A DNA stretch of 64,000 bases, from contig OZ252149.1 in the NCBI GenBank assembly GCA_965248755.1, positions 3,872,001 through 3,936,000 on the forward strand, in the 5' to 3' direction. Of the stretch, positions 60,101 through 64,000 are shown piece after piece. The notes below the pieces were generated by a model. That model saw nothing but the letters and a program-made list of their open reading frames with translations. It ran no database searches and had not been told where the DNA came from. The stretch's first letter is position 1; every line of letters starts with the position of its first letter. This DNA is from Candidatus Latescibacterota bacterium. Its GTDB lineage: Bacteria; Latescibacterota; CBDEFO01. The translations under genes were made by a program, and so were the position numbers.

Positions 60101-60301
60101 GGGATGGTCTGGAATGAGGGCGACGATGTAAAGCTATGGACGACGGACGGAGAATTCAGACTCAAGGACCTGAAGATGAGCATGGGCTTGGGCATTATAG
60201 TAAACTTCATCCTGCCCATAAATATCGAGTTTGCAAAGGAGACGGATCTAAGAAGATTCTTCGACAGAGAGACACACTTCAGCTTTGGATTGAGTTTTTA
60301 A
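57182..60301 (+). CDS. Peptidase MA-like + PD40 propeller + Omp85/BamA-type barrel protein
   Basis: FGKNKIQY, HELTH...EGMA, WSPDG repeats, LRGF, terminal FSFGLSF. Start uncertain. Confidence 0.85.
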   Translation: MTLTRYRKTLYTGRKRMPCLSRLNLSGATVYCLLMIAVLVVATAAPGIVRAQDILLSQFSQSFGKNKIQYKKFQWWKLKTQHLEIYYNPEYLGLALSAAEILEDGYEKISRSLHHDLSTIPPIIIFQSHYDFEQTNIVPYILPPGVGGFAESLKFRAVIPFNGDLEDFRSVLVHELTHLFQYDILYKGPVKSLTNRINSPPTWIMEGMAQYEAGDMNAVDEMVLRDAVLTNTVIPIKSLDNFQAVRNVFLAYKQSHSLMQYISQEYGEDKVGRILRDWKGSTGTGHTIKRVLGTDIQTLSDSWSSHVRRKYWPLLTERKYNFEIAKEVPAEEVSYLSPSWSLGGEMLAVVSTDGISFNIDLIRVKDGELMKRITEDMKTSVYTDLKVEEGCVAWSPDGQYIAFIARKGPSDLVLVWNVYSSELMDALTVEGVQEISTLAWAPDNRKLAFSGSSRGQTDIYILDIKTKASTKLMHTPDRESQPSWSPDGSRLAFSYRTNGGVDLMVYDFELTKAQKIVSGKSDDTWPRWFPDGVRLLFVSNRDGINDLFVLDLESKKESRLTKTISGLSNPSISPDGKKITFASYYNSRRKIYVMDVPSQEELALTDDEKDAQKDATPATDGGEMILSPHVKEEESIGDYDKVNVDDDGDHASPTPDLIGGSIVDSLKVRRQYKRSRYKPSLQLDGISAQLSLSNNFFGTVAQISFSDLMGNHSLGIATDFVSGFTSFGRVNDLNFSVIYGYYGRRTNLDFGIFSWTQYFTDSNNPFLDLRTGRLMRALGSDRQSGLFARMTYPIDLYRRVEFKYTFVDQNREFVFPEKERIEKKTTHLFQTVYVNDSVEYGWLGPSRGRRFYLSAGQAVKITEGHRQFTHLDADLRFYAGRNSVFAFRLKGLASLGNDAITHFLGGPSTATTLGFGYQVNVGPLRGFDFSELAGTRLFLMNMEYRVPFVRNLTLGWPGNISLGGLMGAVFTDVGMVWNEGDDVKLWTTDGEFRLKDLKMSMGLGIIVNFILPINIEFAKETDLRRFFDRETHFSFGLSF

Positions 60302-60460
60302 GGTACATTGTCTTCGTAGAGGCTCGGGACCCCCTGATTTGGTAGAACAGACATTCTTGTCTGTTCTACAGTCAGACAGGAATGTCTGACCAACCATACT
60401 TTTTGGGCAAAGGAACCTTGCCCCTGTATTTAGAGGTTACGACAAAGCGAATGATGAACT

Positions 60461-61192
60461 GTGAAACTTATGTTTAAGGGGATGGGAGGATATGTCCTGT
60501 TTGCTGTCTTCTGTCTTCTGTCTACTATATTTTGGGGCTGTGCAGGCAGCAAGGAATCAAAAGGAGTCAAGCTGGTCACCTTCAACACAGGCTATTCCTC
60601 TGAGGTAAATCTGAGCAACATCCAGAGCCTTGGCGTGATATCTGTAGTAAATGTAAAACCCAGAGGGCAGATAGACATAGACAAGATACGAAACAAGATA
60701 TCTGACGAGGTAGCTTCCAGCTTGAGGCAGCTCGAGATCAAAAGGATAATAGAGCACGATGAGATAGAATGGGTGTTCAGGGGCATGCAGGTAGATTCGT
60801 CGGCGGTCAGGAACGTTAAGAATTTGCGGAGGCTACACGACGAACTTAAGATGGATGGTCTGGTTCTTGTGGAGATCGACCATATGGACGCTGAGCTTCG
60901 ACAAAGGTGGGTTCCAAGCAGAGACAGATACGGAAGAGTATACCCACAAGCAACTCCGGGGATTGCTATGCACGTAGTATTAAAGTTCGATATTTTAAAC
61001 ACACAGACAGGAGGGAGCATCTGGCAAAAGGAATTCAGACGTTCGAGGTTCCAGCCGATAGTGTTTCAGCTTTTCGGCGGCGGCGCGGAGAGCCAGGTCG
61101 TTTCGACTATCAGACCCGCGGTAAGGGCCTTCATATCCCGGCTGGCTCCGCTTCGGCAAGGCAAGATAAGGGGATTTGTCATTCCGGATTAG
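60461..61192 (+). CDS. Lipoprotein of unknown function (CsgG/LpoB-like fold possible)
   Basis: Lipobox WGC; DILNTQTGGSIW. Confidence 0.65.
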   Translation: MKLMFKGMGGYVLFAVFCLLSTIFWGCAGSKESKGVKLVTFNTGYSSEVNLSNIQSLGVISVVNVKPRGQIDIDKIRNKISDEVASSLRQLEIKRIIEHDEIEWVFRGMQVDSSAVRNVKNLRRLHDELKMDGLVLVEIDHMDAELRQRWVPSRDRYGRVYPQATPGIAMHVVLKFDILNTQTGGSIWQKEFRRSRFQPIVFQLFGGGAESQVVSTIRPAVRAFISRLAPLRQGKIRGFVIPD

Positions 61193-61331
61193 AAATATTA
61201 CGCCCTATAGCTGCAATTTTTTTACTAACACTATTATGGAGTAAGTATCGAAACAATCGAGACTAGAGTTTACCCGAATCCCACTTCCAATCCAGGCCAA
61301 TAACAGTGGCCACAAAACTCAGGATAGAGCC

Positions 61332-62093
61332 GTGAAGCTTAAGGAAAAAGTCGCAATCGTAACCGCGTCGGGTGAAGGTATAGGTCGTGCCATTGCAGCC
61401 GCCTTCGCCAGAGAAGGAGCATCGATAGCCGTAATCGATATCGATAGAGAGGCCGCGCAATCAGCCGTTAGTGAGATAGTGTCATCCGGAGGCCACGCAA
61501 TAAGCATCTACGCCGATGTTACTAAGAGTTTGGATGTAAACGGGATGGTTCAGCAAGTCATAGGGGAATTTGAGAGAGTCGATATCCTCGTCAATAATGC
61601 GGGTGGGAGTGCCAGGGCGGAGGCATCACTATTCATCGACTCGAAAGAAGAGGTCTGGGACAAGATAATAGCCCTGAACCTCAAGAGTGCCCTACTATGC
61701 ACCCACGCCGTCCTAAAGGATATGATGAAAAGGAAGAAGGGCAAGATTATCAACTTATCATCAGAAGCTGGCATAGAAGGTAGTTGGGGGCTGGTGGACT
61801 ACGCTGCCACGAAGGCCGCGATAATTGGTTTCACAAGAGCTCTGGCCAGAGAGGTTGGACCCCACGGCATCAACGTAAACTGCATCGCCCCGGGAGTTAT
61901 CGAAACGCCCGCTGTCATGGAAGTTGAGAATCCCCACTACAAATCGCATCGTCAACGCGGCCATGAAAGGAAGATCATACGGCGCTTAGGAAAGCCGGAA
62001 GAAGTCGCAGCCCCCGCAGTCTATCTAGCCTCAGACGAAAGCGACTACGTAATCGGAGAGACGATCAGGGTTGATGGTGGAATAGGATATTAG
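61332..62093 (+). CDS. SDR family oxidoreductase (FabG-like)
   Basis: TASGEGIG, NNAG, YAATK, IAPG, VDGG. Confidence 0.93.
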   Translation: MKLKEKVAIVTASGEGIGRAIAAAFAREGASIAVIDIDREAAQSAVSEIVSSGGHAISIYADVTKSLDVNGMVQQVIGEFERVDILVNNAGGSARAEASLFIDSKEEVWDKIIALNLKSALLCTHAVLKDMMKRKKGKIINLSSEAGIEGSWGLVDYAATKAAIIGFTRALAREVGPHGINVNCIAPGVIETPAVMEVENPHYKSHRQRGHERKIIRRLGKPEEVAAPAVYLASDESDYVIGETIRVDGGIGY

Positions 62094-62246
62094 CCTGTCG
62101 GCATACTACGGTTGAGACGGTGTGGCCGTTTCGATTACGTGCTTCTCTTGACAGTGGGTCAGACAGGAGTAGGATTATTAACTCTCTGGTAGTATCATAA
62201 ACACAAGGTGTTACGTAAATTACCTATAGGCCACTTTTGTTCTTTT

Positions 62247-63377
62247 CTACTGTTTTTCTACTGTAAATTTGGCGAACCCACCAAACAACTGATCATCCAA
62301 CCGGCTTGCTGCCTCCTGGTGAACCTCCGGCATCAGATGACCATACCGATCCAGTGTTGTTGTGATAGACGCATGACCAAGTTGATGCTGGATGTACTTG
62401 GGACTTTCCCCTTGGGCGATCAACAGGCTGACATAAGTGTGACGCAGACAGTGAAGCCGCATCTGTCGCATTCCTGCTTTTTTCAGAATACGCTGGAACA
62501 ACTTAGTGAGGTTGTCAGGGTCAAGAGATGTACCAGCCTTCTTACAGAACACTAAATCTTGATCCTGATACTTTGGTCCTATTTGTAACTTCTGCGTGTT
62601 TTGATGTGCTCGGTGTTGTTTGAGAACATCCATCAGGGTTGGAGCAAGATTGATTGCTCGCCTCGACTTAATCGACTTGGGCTCTTGAAACCTGTCCTCA
62701 GGTTTGTCATACCACCTTGATAGACTCTCACAGACGAAGTACTGCCCCCGGTTCCAATCGATGTTACTCCACTTCATGGCCAGCAATTCCCCACGTCTCA
62801 TGCCTGTCATGATTGCGCAGAGGAACGGGGGATAGCTCTCCCCCGATGTGTGCTCCAAGAACAGATGAACTTCCTCTTTAGTCAGAAAGTCCATCTCCTT
62901 TATCTCCTTCTTCGGACGCCTCAGATAAGCTGCCGGACTCTCCCGCAAATAGCCAGTGCGAACTGCATACTTAAATAGAGCTGTCAGCGTTGTCACAAGA
63001 TGGTTGATCGTTGCGGAAGATAGCTTTCCCTCCTTGATCTTCCTTGAGATGAACCCTTGTAGGTCTTCCAAGTGAATGTCTGTAAGAGCTTGGTTCCCGA
63101 AGACAGGTTTGATGTGATCCAGCATGTTCCAGTAAAACTTCTGCGTAGACAGCTTGACGTTGCCCTCCACGTATTCGCTCATCCACTTGTCAGCAAATTC
63201 CACAAGAGTGATCGGCTTCGGCTCGTAATACTTCCCCCCGTGGATCTGATGGACAATCTCCGTTAGCATCCGCTCAGCGTCCTTCTTGTTCGAGCCTGCC
63301 GCCTTCCACTTCTGGCACTTGTCGACGTAGTACTTGATGTAGTATCGATCTCCCTTCTTAACAATGGATCCTCTCAT
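62247..63377 (-). CDS. Tyrosine recombinase / phage integrase
   Basis: GMRRGE, HCLRH, LGH and RYGH catalytic residues; N-terminal arm-binding and SAM-like regions; SD GGAGAGG. Confidence 0.95.
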   Translation of the reverse strand: MRGSIVKKGDRYYIKYYVDKCQKWKAAGSNKKDAERMLTEIVHQIHGGKYYEPKPITLVEFADKWMSEYVEGNVKLSTQKFYWNMLDHIKPVFGNQALTDIHLEDLQGFISRKIKEGKLSSATINHLVTTLTALFKYAVRTGYLRESPAAYLRRPKKEIKEMDFLTKEEVHLFLEHTSGESYPPFLCAIMTGMRRGELLAMKWSNIDWNRGQYFVCESLSRWYDKPEDRFQEPKSIKSRRAINLAPTLMDVLKQHRAHQNTQKLQIGPKYQDQDLVFCKKAGTSLDPDNLTKLFQRILKKAGMRQMRLHCLRHTYVSLLIAQGESPKYIQHQLGHASITTTLDRYGHLMPEVHQEAASRLDDQLFGGFAKFTVEKQ

Positions 63378-63437
63378 CGTTCCCTCTCCTTTGAGATAAG
63401 GGGCAGTTGCAGCGCCTCTGCCCCAAGACTGTCCTAT

Positions 63438-63962
63438 TTATAAGCACGCCTTAACTGCATCTTTGTTGATCTTAATCCCCTCGTTGTGGAACATGTCCAT
63501 TATACCAGACCAGTGATATTCCTCTGCCTTCTTAAAGTCGATCCAATCTTCGTTCTCGTCTGAAGGGCAGTGTTCTTTCATATATTTAATGAACAGCGCG
63601 AATGCCCTCTTATTATTCTCCTTTAGTAAGTCCCGAAGTGCGAACATCCGATTTGTAACGTTTTCCCAATCCTTCGGCCATAGCGTCCTGGGAAGCTGTT
63701 TTTGGCCCTCTTGTGGTGTCGCTTGCGATGCTAGTTCTTTGGAAGGTGAATGTTCATTATCAACCTTGCCATTACCGTTACTACCCAGCTTCAAGTATTC
63801 TCTGACCTTCGTCCGGAGATTGGCGCGCACACTATCCATCTCCACCTCAATGTCCTCACCATCTTCAAGCTCTACATGGAGACCGAGGTCTACACGCCAC
63901 GACTGGTAATCCTTCGTGTAGCTCCGACCGAGTTGAAGATCAAATGATGTTATTTTTGACAT
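63438..63962 (-). CDS. Hypothetical protein (phage-like)
   Basis: 174-aa ORF with SD AAGGAAAGGA; GRSYTKDYQSWRVD N-terminal motif. Confidence 0.7.
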   Translation of the reverse strand: MSKITSFDLQLGRSYTKDYQSWRVDLGLHVELEDGEDIEVEMDSVRANLRTKVREYLKLGSNGNGKVDNEHSPSKELASQATPQEGQKQLPRTLWPKDWENVTNRMFALRDLLKENNKRAFALFIKYMKEHCPSDENEDWIDFKKAEEYHWSGIMDMFHNEGIKINKDAVKACL

Positions 63963-64000
63963 TGACTTTTCCTTTCCTTCTTTGTATATTAGAAGAGAGC

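Larger units (their letters stand above)
62200..64000. mobile_element. Left end of a probable prophage/integrative element extending beyond the window
   Basis: Integrase transcribed towards the flank, tandem TTTTCTACTGT at 62243-62264, phage-like hypothetical gene upstream. Boundary approximate. Confidence 0.6.

Noticed and set aside
873..63947. Numerous antisense or overlapping ORFs in the track (e.g. 1480..2073, 6394..7023, 19173..19889, 26826..27506)
   Set aside because: They are shadows of well-supported genes, with no motifs or SD.
1..64000. tRNA, rRNA, retron/reverse transcriptase or IS transposase
   Set aside because: No recognisable signatures found by eye. A tRNAscan/Infernal/ISEScan run would be needed to exclude them fully.

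Overview
Bacterial chromosomal window from a diderm organism. An FCB-group or candidate-phylum host is inferred from a C-terminal FlgD/T9SS-type sorting domain. Left to right it holds: a peptidoglycan-remodelling cluster and complete tol-pal operon (minus); a tandem-domain ThyX, RmlA-like nucleotidyltransferase and cupin; a complete N-methylglutamate methylamine-utilisation cluster (mgsABC, four mgd/sox subunits, gmaS, serine/alanine-glyoxylate aminotransferase) interrupted by a small patch of decayed genes; a lower-GC DUF262 + HEPN putative defence pair; two GT4 glycosyltransferases and an NHL lipoprotein; a two-ABC-exporter/DUF1854/ABC-F locus preceded by a promoter, a 31-aa leader peptide ending in DPPW and a terminator, which looks like an undescribed attenuator; a fused ECF ATPase; large secreted FG-GAP and M6-protease/cohesin/dockerin proteins; mobA; an SSS transporter with a Tat-exported DmpA peptidase; a peptidase-propeller-Omp85 protein; and the integrase end of a prophage/ICE. 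Intergenic DNA is full of REP-like hairpins, including a 21-bp palindrome that nests in itself and sits in frame inside proteins. Several accessory genes are frameshifted while long core genes are intact. No tRNA, rRNA or CRISPR array was seen. All calls come from reading motifs by eye; no database searches were run.
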